From the NCBI GenBank assembly GCA_035455205.1, contig DATIFM010000036.1, forward strand, positions 12,152 through 76,151: a stretch of 64,000 nt of DNA, written 5' to 3'. The notes beneath the pieces were generated by a model, which ran no database searches, had not been told where the DNA came from, and was given only the letters and a program-made list of their open reading frames with translations. The DNA is from Candidatus Bilamarchaeum sp. (GTDB taxonomy: Archaea; Micrarchaeota; Micrarchaeia; Anstonellales; Bilamarchaeaceae). The first letter of the stretch is position 1, and the number at the start of each line of letters is the position of its first letter. The translations under genes were made by a program, and so were the position numbers. This document shows, in pieces, positions 16,201 through 24,795 of the stretch.

Positions 16201-16904
16201 CCATGGTATTCTCGATAATAAACCAGTACGAGAAGGGCGTGAGGTTCGTCTGGGGCAGGTACGACGCGGTCGTGGGGCCGGGGTTCGTATGGAACATCCC
16301 GTTCTATCATAACCTTCGCACGCTCGACATGCGCACGAAGACGATACCCATCCAGCCGCAGGACGCGATGACCAAGGACAACGTGCCCGTAAAGATATCC
16401 GCCGTCGTTTACTACAAGATTGTGGACCCGAGGAAGGTCGTCATGGCCATATCGGACTACAACTTCGCGATAGCCCAGTACGCGCAGACCGCGGTGCGCG
16501 ACGTAATCGGGAACAACGAGCTGGACTTCGTGCTCGCCGACCGCGACAAGATAGCCCAGGAGATAGAGAAGCTCGTGGACGAGGAGACGAAGGACTGGGG
16601 CGTGGACGTCTCGGCGATAAAGCTCCAGGACATCGAGCTCCCCGAGGACATGAAGCGGGCGATGGCCAAGCAGGCCGAGGCCGAGAGGGAGAAGAGGGCC
16701 ACGATAATCCTGAGCGAGGGCGAATTGATGTCTGCGAACAACTATGCCGACGCCGCCCGGAAGCTTTCATCGATACATGGCGCGCTCCACCTGAGGACGC
16801 TCCAGACGCTCGCGACGAACGTGTCGTCCGAGGACTCGCCGACGCACCTCTGGATGCTACCCACGCAGATAATGAGGTTCTTCGAAAGGCAGGGCGAGAA
16901 GTGA
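16197..16904 (+). CDS. SPFH/band-7 protein, paralog 2
   Basis: Same core (LDMRTKTIPIQPQDAMTKDNV..., AMAKQAEAEREKRATIILSEGE). No obvious N-terminal TM. 4-nt overlap with paralog 1. Confidence 0.85.
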   Translation: MTMVFSIINQYEKGVRFVWGRYDAVVGPGFVWNIPFYHNLRTLDMRTKTIPIQPQDAMTKDNVPVKISAVVYYKIVDPRKVVMAISDYNFAIAQYAQTAVRDVIGNNELDFVLADRDKIAQEIEKLVDEETKDWGVDVSAIKLQDIELPEDMKRAMAKQAEAEREKRATIILSEGELMSANNYADAARKLSSIHGALHLRTLQTLATNVSSEDSPTHLWMLPTQIMRFFERQGEK

Positions 16905-16934
16905 ATTTTTAATCCTAAGCGGGATAAGCAGGCC

Positions 16935-17621
16935 ATGCACGTTGTACTTTCCATCGGCGGAAGCTCGATAATCCCGGACGGGAAGCCGGACCTTGGTTTC
17001 CTGAAGGCGGTGTCATCGCTCATCAAGAGAAGCAAGAACAGCTTCGGCATCCTCTGCGGAGGGGGCACTGTCGCGAGGCTCTACGCCAATGCCGCGAGGG
17101 AGCTTGGAGCCGGCGAGTACGAGGCCGACTCGATTGCAATCCGCTCGACCAAGCAGAACGCGCACCTCCTCATAACGGCGCTCAAGGGCGCCGGTGTCGA
17201 CGTCTTCGACCGCGTCATCGACGATTTCGAATACGCCAAGGAGCCGGCGAGGGAGAGCAAGGCCGTCGTGATGGGCGGCACAATACCCGGAATCACGACG
17301 GACACCGACTCGGTCCTCCTCGCCGAAGCGATAGGCGCAAAAAGGCTGGTCAACGTCAGCAACGTGGATGCCATCTACGACTCGGACCCCCGGAAGAACC
17401 CTGGCGCGAAAAAGTTCGGAAAGATGGGCTACGACGAGCTCGTGGCCCTCGCAAGCGCAAGCGACAAGCGGATGGCCGGCACGAATTTCGTCTTCGACCT
17501 GCTTGCCTGCAAGCTCATCGCGCGCTCGAAGATTGAAACCCATTTCGTGTCGTTCAGGAACATGGGCGACCTCGAGGCCGCGGTGGAAGGGAAGAAGCAC
17601 GGCGGAACCGTAGTCGGCTAA
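16935..17621 (+). CDS. pyrH: uridylate (UMP) kinase, archaeal type
   Basis: MHVVLSIGGSSI...ILCGGGTVARLY...GGTIPGITTDTDSVLLAE matches the amino-acid-kinase fold of archaeal PyrH. 228 aa. Confidence 0.85.
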   Translation: MHVVLSIGGSSIIPDGKPDLGFLKAVSSLIKRSKNSFGILCGGGTVARLYANAARELGAGEYEADSIAIRSTKQNAHLLITALKGAGVDVFDRVIDDFEYAKEPARESKAVVMGGTIPGITTDTDSVLLAEAIGAKRLVNVSNVDAIYDSDPRKNPGAKKFGKMGYDELVALASASDKRMAGTNFVFDLLACKLIARSKIETHFVSFRNMGDLEAAVEGKKHGGTVVG

Positions 17622-17675
17622 CCTTAACGATAGCTCTATAGATTTTCACGCCCTTATCGGAGATGAGGTGAGGGG

Positions 17676-18320
17676 ATGGACAGGAACGCACTAGTTGAGA
17701 AAACGGCGCAGTACGTGAAGGGGAGGCTGGACGGCGAGGCATCGGGCCACGACTGGCACCACGTCCTGCGCGTGATGAGGATGGCGACGCACATCGCCGG
17801 GAAGGAGGGGGCAGACCTCTTCAGCGTCCAGATGGCCGCGCTCCTCCATGATTTGGACGACTGGAAGTTCAGGGAGGACGGGGAAAGCGGGCCGAGGGAA
17901 GCCCGCGAATGGCTCGAGAGCCTCGGCCTGGATTCCGGGGAAACCGGCCGCATATGCTCGATAATAGAGGGCATCTCGTTCAGGGGCGCGGGAGTGGAGA
18001 CGCCCATGGAAACGCTCGAAGGGAAAGTGGTGCAGGACGCTGACAGGCTGGATGCCATCGGCGCGGTCGGGATTGGGAGGGCCTTTGCTTACGGCGGGAG
18101 GAAAGGCCGGCTGATGCACGACCCGGACTCCAAGCCCAGCATGCACAAGTCCTTCGAGGATTACAAGGCCGGCAAGGGCACTACTGTCAACCATTTCTAC
18201 GAGAAGCTGCTGCTGCTCAAGGACAGGATGAACACTGAAACAGGAAAGAAGATGGCCGCCGAGAGGCATGCGTTCCTTGAGATTTTCCTCCAGCGGTTCC
18301 TTGAAGAATGGAAAGGCTAG
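17676..18320 (+). CDS. HD-domain metal-dependent phosphohydrolase
   Basis: HDWHHVLRV...LLHDLDDWK...QDADRLDAIGA are the classic H...HD...D motifs. Confidence 0.8.
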   Translation: MDRNALVEKTAQYVKGRLDGEASGHDWHHVLRVMRMATHIAGKEGADLFSVQMAALLHDLDDWKFREDGESGPREAREWLESLGLDSGETGRICSIIEGISFRGAGVETPMETLEGKVVQDADRLDAIGAVGIGRAFAYGGRKGRLMHDPDSKPSMHKSFEDYKAGKGTTVNHFYEKLLLLKDRMNTETGKKMAAERHAFLEIFLQRFLEEWKG

Positions 18321-19030
18321 GCCTTGAGGTACTTGCCTATTTCCTTGTCGGGCAGCGTGACGCACTTCTTGGTCTTCACCGTGACATAGGAAATCTCGAC
18401 GTTCTCCTGGAGGAGCTTCGCTTCCTGCGTCTTCCTCAATGCGTCGACGCACAGCCTGATTGCATCATCGAGCGTGAGCTTCTCGTCGTATTTGGCCTCG
18501 AGTATCTCGTCGACTTCCTTCTTGTTCGCGCCTATCGAGTCGGCCTTGTAGGCTGTCATGGCGCCCGAGGGCTCGGCTTCGAAGAGCTTCGCGCCCTGGT
18601 CGTCCACGCCGGCTATGAGGAGCGAGACGCCGAACGGGCGGATTCCGCCGTACTGCGTATAGACCTGCATCAGGTCGCAGACGGAGCGGGCGATGGAGTC
18701 CACGCTGGGGCCCTCGTTGTAGGTTATCCGGTGCCTCTGCGCGTCCAGCCTCGCCGTGTCGACCAGCCTCCTCGCGTCGGCGATGAGGCCGCTTGCCGTG
18801 ACCGCTATGTGCGAGTCGACCTCGAAGACCTTCTTGAGGGACTCCGGCACGACCAGCTTGGAGTGTATCGACTTGAAGGCGACGAGCGCGACGCCTTCTT
18901 TGGTCGTTATTCCGATGGCGGTCGCGCCCCTCTTGACGGCTTCCTTGGCGTATTCTACCTGGAAAAGCCTGCCGTCGGGGCTGAACACTGTGATTGCCCT
19001 ATCATAAGCCTGGGGGGATACTCCGTACAT
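18317..19030 (-). CDS. psmA: proteasome subunit alpha
   Basis: YDRAITVFSPDGRLFQVEYAKEAVKRGATAIG is the canonical alpha-subunit N-terminus. 237 aa. Confidence 0.95.
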   Translation of the reverse strand: MYGVSPQAYDRAITVFSPDGRLFQVEYAKEAVKRGATAIGITTKEGVALVAFKSIHSKLVVPESLKKVFEVDSHIAVTASGLIADARRLVDTARLDAQRHRITYNEGPSVDSIARSVCDLMQVYTQYGGIRPFGVSLLIAGVDDQGAKLFEAEPSGAMTAYKADSIGANKKEVDEILEAKYDEKLTLDDAIRLCVDALRKTQEAKLLQENVEISYVTVKTKKCVTLPDKEIGKYLKA

Positions 19031-19149
19031 TTGTAATACACCTCACGTAAATAGGATTTCACTATCTTTAGAAAGGGGTAATTTAAATGCTTACTCCTTA
19101 CCGGAGCGGTAGCCGGCAGGAAGCCGGGCACGGCAATTAAAAAGGCCGG

Positions 19150-19692
19150 ATGGCCAGCAGGTTCATGGAAGGCGGCGTAAGCGGATTTGTTGCAAAACTG
19201 GGGAGCTCCGACCCGCTCGAAAGGTTCGGAGCGCTCGCGTCCATCAGGGAAGCCCTCGAGAGGGGGGAGGACATTGGGCCGGCCGAGGGGGCGGTCACTA
19301 AGGCTCTTTCCGACAGGGACAAGGACGTGCGGGAGAAAGCGGCAAGGGTATTGGTCTATTTTTACGGGCGCAAAAAGGATTGGAAACGGATTGATGCGCT
19401 CCTGTCTCATGCAAACGCGGACGTCCGCGCTTCGGCCATCTTCGCGCTGGAAACTTTCGCCGGTAAGTTCAGCCCCGCGACCGACATTCCAGGCCTCTTG
19501 AAAGCGCTTGACGACCAGAGCTTTGACGTGAGGGCGGAGGCGGTGTCGCTTTTTGCCAAGGCGGCCGAAAGCGGGCAGGACATAGCGTTTGCAGTTCCCG
19601 GAATCAGGCGGGCGGCGATATACGGCGACGAGAAGGTGAAGGAGAATGCCGGGCGCGCGATAAGCGCATCCGGCGTGAAGAAGGGGGATTGA
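19150..19692 (+). CDS. HEAT-repeat protein
   Basis: Repeated D.DVR..A...L units (DKDVREKAARVL, NADVRASAIFAL, SFDVRAEAVSLF). Confidence 0.6.
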   Translation: MASRFMEGGVSGFVAKLGSSDPLERFGALASIREALERGEDIGPAEGAVTKALSDRDKDVREKAARVLVYFYGRKKDWKRIDALLSHANADVRASAIFALETFAGKFSPATDIPGLLKALDDQSFDVRAEAVSLFAKAAESGQDIAFAVPGIRRAAIYGDEKVKENAGRAISASGVKKGD

Positions 19693-19702
19693 TTGCCGGT
19701 CA

Positions 19703-19723
19703 GCAAACCCCGGAGGGGTTTGC
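19703..19723. terminator. conserved GC hairpin, copy 2 (GCAAACCCC-GGA-GGGGTTTGC) between convergent genes
   Basis: Perfect 9-bp stem with a 3-nt loop, followed by AAAC. Lies in the 42-nt gap between the HEAT gene stop (19692) and the htpX stop (19735). Confidence 0.5.
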
Positions 19724-19734
19724 AAACTGGAAAA

Positions 19735-20628
19735 TCACATGCTCCGGAGGCGCTTAATCCGCTCGTCTATCGGCGGATGCGTGCCGAAAACGAGGCCCAG
19801 TTTGTTCGGGAACGGGTTGGAGAAATACAGCGACGCGGTCGTGTCGTTCGCCCCGGAAGTCGGGATTGAGGCATTCTTTATCTTCTCGAGGGCGCTCGCG
19901 AGCCCCTCGGGGTAGCGCGTCATGCGCGCGCCATTGGCGTCCGCGAGGTACTCCCTCTGCCTCGAGAGGGCGAAGCGCACGAATGTCGCGAAGATGGGCG
20001 CAAGCACGACGAAGAAGAGGGCGATGATGATGAGTATCCCGCCCCCGCCGCGGTCCCTGCGGCCGCCCCTCACGCCGCCATAGAACATCATGCGCCAGAC
20101 CATGTCGCCAAGGAGCGCTATCGCTCCGGCGAACACGATTGCTATCATGGAGAAGCGGATGTCGAAGTTGGCGATGTGCGAGATTTCGTGCGCGACGACT
20201 CCCTCGAGCTCCTCGCGCTTCATCATCGAGAGCAGGCCTGTCGTTACCGCAACCGAGGCATGCTTCGGGTCCCGGCCGGTCGCGAATGCGTTCGGGCTCG
20301 GGTCCTCAATCACATAGAGTTTCGGCATCGGGATGGCCGACGCGATGGCAAGGCCCTCGACGACGTTGTAGAGGAAGGGGTACTGCTCCTTCTTGGCCTC
20401 GTGCGCCCCGCTCATCCCGAGGATGATGGCGTCGCCCTGGAAATACACGACGACCGTATACAGGAGCAGGGCGAAGAAGCCCAAGGCAGGGCCGCAGATG
20501 CCTATGTCGAACACGTAGGACACGGCCGCTACCATCGCGAGGAAGATGAAGAACATCGCGGCGATTAGGATGAGCGAGTTGCGCTTGTTCGCCTCTATCG
20601 CGTCGAAGAAATTGATTTTCTCAGGCAT
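19735..20628 (-). CDS. htpX: M48 family membrane protease HtpX
   Basis: HEISHIANFD (HExxH) between TM segments, with typical HtpX length and topology. Sits in the conserved pairing with LemA. Confidence 0.9.
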   Translation of the reverse strand: MPEKINFFDAIEANKRNSLILIAAMFFIFLAMVAAVSYVFDIGICGPALGFFALLLYTVVVYFQGDAIILGMSGAHEAKKEQYPFLYNVVEGLAIASAIPMPKLYVIEDPSPNAFATGRDPKHASVAVTTGLLSMMKREELEGVVAHEISHIANFDIRFSMIAIVFAGAIALLGDMVWRMMFYGGVRGGRRDRGGGGILIIIALFFVVLAPIFATFVRFALSRQREYLADANGARMTRYPEGLASALEKIKNASIPTSGANDTTASLYFSNPFPNKLGLVFGTHPPIDERIKRLRSM

Positions 20629-20673
20629 TTATTTTATACCTCATTAAATCAAATAAAGATAAGAAAGAAAAAA

Positions 20674-21231
20674 TCAGAATTTTACCTGCACGTTCTGCTT
20701 CTCGGCCTCGGGCGCCTCGAAATAGGGCTTTGGCTTGAAGCCGAACATGCCGGCGAAGATGTTGCTCGGGAACATCTGGACCGCGTTCCCGTACTCGAGG
20801 ACCGAGTCGTTGTATGCCGTCCGTATGTAGGCAATCTTGTTCTCCGTGCCGGCGAGTTCCTCCTGCAAAAGCTTGAAGTTCTCGTTCGCCTTCAGCTGTG
20901 GGTAGTTCTCGGCCACAGCAAAAAGCGACTTGAGCGACTGGGTGAGCATGTTGTTCGCCTGCGCCCTCGACTCGACCGTGCCGGTCACGAGCTGCGCGCG
21001 GTACTTGGTGATGTTCTCCAGCGTCTCCTTCTCGTGCTTGGCGTAGCCCTTCACAGTTTCCACGAGGTTCGGGATGAGGTCGTACCTTCTTTTCAGCTGG
21101 ACGTCTATCTGAGCCCATGCGTTGTCCACGCGGTTCCTCAGCGTCACGAGGCGGTTGTAAGTCATTACGACATACAAAACCAGCGCGAGGCCGATGCCCG
21201 CGATGCACACTAGTGCGATTATTTCAATCAT
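20674..21231 (-). CDS. lemA: LemA family protein
   Basis: N-terminal TM plus the YNRLV...[20 protein letters not shown] pattern typical of LemA. Confidence 0.85.
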   Translation of the reverse strand: MIEIIALVCIAGIGLALVLYVVMTYNRLVTLRNRVDNAWAQIDVQLKRRYDLIPNLVETVKGYAKHEKETLENITKYRAQLVTGTVESRAQANNMLTQSLKSLFAVAENYPQLKANENFKLLQEELAGTENKIAYIRTAYNDSVLEYGNAVQMFPSNIFAGMFGFKPKPYFEAPEAEKQNVQVKF

Positions 21232-21261
21232 GGATGATTATCGCTGTCAGAATTTTTAATG

Positions 21262-21780
21262 TTATTTGACCGGCGGGCTGTTCCCTTCCGAAATCCGGAT
21301 GTCTATTGAGCCGCTCCCGGGGGGATGCGGCAGGCTCTCGATGAGGGAGCCGACCGCTTCAGTGAGGGCTTGGTGGAGCGCATCCCATCCGCCGCCCGCG
21401 TGCGGGTTGAGCTTCAGGAGCCCGGGGGCTCCCCCGATGGAATAGAGGCTGACCATGCCCACCTGCTCAGGCTCGCGCGAGCCCTTGGGGTGCATGTTCA
21501 CCGAAAAGCAGGAGAGGACGCTATAGCCCTCGAGGGGCTCTGTCTGCAGGTCCGAAGTCGTGTCGTAGCCTGCGCGCCGGAGTTCCCGGGCGATTTTAAC
21601 GTAAAGTTCGGCGATGGCCGCCTTTCCGAGCTGGCGCTCCACTTCGTCCGATGCCCCGGCCCGGACCCACGTTGGACTCATCTCGAGCTTGGGGTCCTGC
21701 CTGAAATCCCGAGCCTTCCCTTCGCGGCGGGGCGATTGGCCTGACCTTTCGGATATTGCCATAGAATTAATCTGTTCCAC
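21262..21780 (-). CDS. hypothetical protein (172 aa)
   Basis: ORF only, no motif recognised. Lies 7 nt downstream of the DUF167 gene on the same strand. Confidence 0.4.
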   Translation of the reverse strand: MEQINSMAISERSGQSPRREGKARDFRQDPKLEMSPTWVRAGASDEVERQLGKAAIAELYVKIARELRRAGYDTTSDLQTEPLEGYSVLSCFSVNMHPKGSREPEQVGMVSLYSIGGAPGLLKLNPHAGGGWDALHQALTEAVGSLIESLPHPPGSGSIDIRISEGNSPPVK

Positions 21781-21787
21781 ACTGTTT

Positions 21788-22030
21788 TTAATCCGTCAGG
21801 AGCCGCTCCCATTCTTCCTTGCTGATTCCTATTTCGAGCGTCTTGCGCTTCGAGCCTGCGCCGGAAAGAATCCTCACCCCGCTCCCGGTGAGCCTCGAGA
21901 GCTCCCGTATCAGCTCTATGTTCGCGCGGTTGTTCTCGGGGGGGCTTTTCAGGGCGATTCGGATGCGGCCGTTTTTGATGGAAAGGGAAAATCCGCGGGA
22001 ATTCGGGGCGACCGTTACCTCGACTATCAT
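21788..22030 (-). CDS. DUF167 (YggU-like) protein
   Basis: The 80-aa MIVEVTVAPNSRGFSL...LKSPPENNRANIELIRELSRL...RILSGAGSKRKTLEI matches the DUF167 pattern. ATGA overlap with the upstream gene. The longer track ORF (to 22255) is an unsupported extension. Confidence 0.7.
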   Translation of the reverse strand: MIVEVTVAPNSRGFSLSIKNGRIRIALKSPPENNRANIELIRELSRLTGSGVRILSGAGSKRKTLEIGISKEEWERLLTD

Positions 22031-22701
22031 CTGGCCGCCTTGATTATGCCCCTGAGCTCGCTTTCGCTCCTGAAGCCGGAATACGTCTTCTCGTTCACGA
22101 CGACGCTCGGATACGAGGTGATGTTGTACTGCCTCTCGAGCGACTCGGCGACCGGGCTCTCGAGCTCGCCGTCGAACGAGAACAGCTTGACCTCCACGCC
22201 TTCGGCCCTGAGCGAGTCGCGGGCCTTCAAAATCTCCGTTCCCTGCTCGCGGCACCGCTCGCAGTTCTTGTTCGAGTAGAAGTGGATGAGGAGGACGCTA
22301 TTGTCGCCGCAGAGCTGCCGGGCCTTCTTCGAAAGGAGGTAGGACTCGGCCTCGAGGACGAAGTATTTCCTCTTCAAGTCGTCATCGTAGATGTTCCTCT
22401 TCTCCTCGAGGAACGTGAGCTTGTAGCCGACGCGCTCGATTTCGGCGTCGATGCTGTCGAGCTGGTCCTCGTAGAGCGGGCAGGACGACTCGTTCCCCTC
22501 CATGAGGAGGATGAGCTGGGCCGATGACAGCCTGTCCGAGAGGTTTGAAACGTCGTCCGACACGCCCTGCAGGTTGGAGGTGTCGATGAGGTACCCGATG
22601 TAGACCCCGATGACGAATATCATGAGGGACATGAAGAACGCGATTATGTAGACCGGTGTGCTGAGCTTCCTATCCAATGCATCACCAGGAATACGGCTCA
22701 C
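22027..22701 (-). CDS. membrane-anchored thioredoxin-fold protein (CxxC)
   Basis: N-terminal TM (VYIIAFFMSLMIFVIGVYIGYL), a coiled middle region, and a C-terminal Trx-like HFYSNKNCERCREQ...ITSYPSVVVNEKTY. Confidence 0.6.
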   Translation of the reverse strand: MSRIPGDALDRKLSTPVYIIAFFMSLMIFVIGVYIGYLIDTSNLQGVSDDVSNLSDRLSSAQLILLMEGNESSCPLYEDQLDSIDAEIERVGYKLTFLEEKRNIYDDDLKRKYFVLEAESYLLSKKARQLCGDNSVLLIHFYSNKNCERCREQGTEILKARDSLRAEGVEVKLFSFDGELESPVAESLERQYNITSYPSVVVNEKTYSGFRSESELRGIIKAAR

Positions 22702-23872
22702 GCTTCAGCTCCTTGAAAAGGAAGAGCAGGTTGTACCCGACCATCAGATACCAGTAGAATACCATGAACGTGAGGATATAGCGCGCCTTGACCTTTTCGC
22801 CGCGGAAGCTCTTTATCGCGAGATACACGAAATAAGTCGATGTCAGGATGACGAACGCACCCACGAACGTCATGAACGATACGTCCATCCCGAAGGCATC
22901 GAACCAGATGTAGTTGACATAGTATGGGGTAGTCGCTATCGAATAGACCATGATGCCAAGGAGAACGAAGAACGCCGTGAGCGCGACGAAGTTGAGCGGA
23001 ACGAAGTACATTCCGAAGTCGCCGTACTCGGGGCGTATCAGCGACCGGTACTGCCAGTAGTTCCGGATTCCGCCCCTCTGCCAGCGCACCCTCTGCTTTA
23101 GGAGGTCCTGCATGTTGTCCGGGGGCTCGGTATACACTTCGGCAGAGAGCGAGCTCCTTATCCTGAAGTTGTGCGACTGGATGCGGAGCGCTATCTCCTG
23201 GTCCTCGACGAGGTTGCGCTCGTCGAACGGGCCTATCTTCTCGAAGACCGACGCCCGGAACATGCTGAAGGGGCCCGGCGTCACGGGCACGCTGTCTATG
23301 AACGAGAGGAGCTTCCTAGAGAAGAGTATCATCATGTACTCGACCCGCTGGAGCTCCTTGAGCCACGAGCCGCTCGCGCGGATTTTCACCGCCGGAGTCG
23401 CGGCCATCACCTCGGGGTCGTCGAAATAGGGTATCAGCTCCTTGAGCGTCCCGGGAGTGAGGTAAGAGTCCGCGTCCATCGTGGCCACGAACTCCCCCTT
23501 TGCCTTCTTTATCCCGAAATTGAGCGCGGCGCCCTTCCCGCCGTTCTTCTTGGTGAATGCTTTCACCGGCGAATCCGGGCCTTCGAAGGATTTCGCGATC
23601 TTGTACGTGTCGTCAGTCGACCCGTCGTCCACGACTATCACTTCGAGCCGGTCCGGGGGGTAATCCACCCCCTTAATAGTCCGGAGGCAGTCCGCGAGGT
23701 ACCTGCCTTCGTTGTATGCGGGAAGGATGATGGAGACCAGGGGCGTCTTGCCGCTCCACTTGGGCCGCTCGAGGTATTCGTCGCGGTGCTTGAGGAAAAT
23801 GAGGATGAAGACGCTTACAGTGAAGAGGGATATGAATGCGATTGCATAGTTGATGAGCAGGACCACGTCCAT
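22682..23872 (-). CDS. processive family-2 glycosyltransferase (membrane-integrated synthase type)
   Basis: VSIILPAYNEG, VVDDGSTD, MDADS (DxD) and QRVRWQRG (QxxRW), flanked by TM segments on both sides. Confidence 0.85.
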   Translation of the reverse strand: MDVVLLINYAIAFISLFTVSVFILIFLKHRDEYLERPKWSGKTPLVSIILPAYNEGRYLADCLRTIKGVDYPPDRLEVIVVDDGSTDDTYKIAKSFEGPDSPVKAFTKKNGGKGAALNFGIKKAKGEFVATMDADSYLTPGTLKELIPYFDDPEVMAATPAVKIRASGSWLKELQRVEYMMILFSRKLLSFIDSVPVTPGPFSMFRASVFEKIGPFDERNLVEDQEIALRIQSHNFRIRSSLSAEVYTEPPDNMQDLLKQRVRWQRGGIRNYWQYRSLIRPEYGDFGMYFVPLNFVALTAFFVLLGIMVYSIATTPYYVNYIWFDAFGMDVSFMTFVGAFVILTSTYFVYLAIKSFRGEKVKARYILTFMVFYWYLMVGYNLLFLFKELKREPYSW

Positions 23873-23894
23873 GGGAACCCTTTACCATTGAAAC

Positions 23895-24743
23895 TTATAT
23901 AAGAAGGAGGTTTTTGGCAAAGAGCAGCGAAAGTATCATCCCGAACAGTATGAACGGGATGAAGGGCGGCAGCTTCGTGTAAACCCACAGGTCCGAAATC
24001 TTCGTCTTCTTCAGGCGCGCGAGCTCCTCGCGGGTCACGAGGCGCTGGAGCTTGTAGCGCTCGATAAGGTCCTTGTTCATGACTTCGAGGGCGAGCACGT
24101 CCTCGGGCTCAATCTGCGATACCGGAAGCTCCTCGGCAAGGAGCATGTTCAGGGAATCCCGGTACATCATGAAGAATATGACCGCGAACAGCAGGAGCGT
24201 TATGAAGATGAAGTACACCGGCGAGAACAGGAACGAGTTGATATAGACGTACGAGAACAGGAGGTACGGTATGATGAGGAGCGCGTAGAACAGCTTCGGC
24301 TTGGCCTCGGTCTTCATCAGCTTCCAGCCGAAGAAGAGCATCACGTAGAGGGCGAACGCCACTCCGGAGAATATGATGAGCGAGAACACGAAGGGCAGGT
24401 TGAAGCTGAGCCCCACGAATGACGGGTGTATCGGCAGGAGGAGCATCACTGACGCGAGTATGAACACGTCTGCGCCCCCGAGCTGGCCCACACGGTAGAA
24501 GAGGTATCCCACTGCCGAGAAGAACGCGGCCACCGCGAGCGAGAACCAGAACACGGTCGGCTCGTAGAAGAAGGCGTCGGCAAGCAGCGCGATTCCGAGG
24601 AACGCGTAGAGGAAGACGTCGGGTATGTTCTTCTTGTTGAAAAGGTCGTAGTACGTCGCGACGCCGACGCCGGCAAAGGCCAGCAGTACGCGGATAATCT
24701 CGCCCGGCATCGTCAGGGTGCCGAAAAGCACATCTTCTAACAT
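23895..24743 (-). CDS. A24-family archaeal prepilin/preflagellin peptidase (PibD/FlaK-like)
   Basis: Polytopic membrane protein. First catalytic Asp context is ATYYDLFNKKNIPD; second is GQLGGADVFILASVMLLLP. Long C-terminal extension. Confidence 0.7.
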   Translation of the reverse strand: MLEDVLFGTLTMPGEIIRVLLAFAGVGVATYYDLFNKKNIPDVFLYAFLGIALLADAFFYEPTVFWFSLAVAAFFSAVGYLFYRVGQLGGADVFILASVMLLLPIHPSFVGLSFNLPFVFSLIIFSGVAFALYVMLFFGWKLMKTEAKPKLFYALLIIPYLLFSYVYINSFLFSPVYFIFITLLLFAVIFFMMYRDSLNMLLAEELPVSQIEPEDVLALEVMNKDLIERYKLQRLVTREELARLKKTKISDLWVYTKLPPFIPFILFGMILSLLFAKNLLLI

Positions 24744-24795
24744 ATCAATACCTCAAATGAAACAATATAATGGTGAAAAACCGTTTTAAAGCAAT

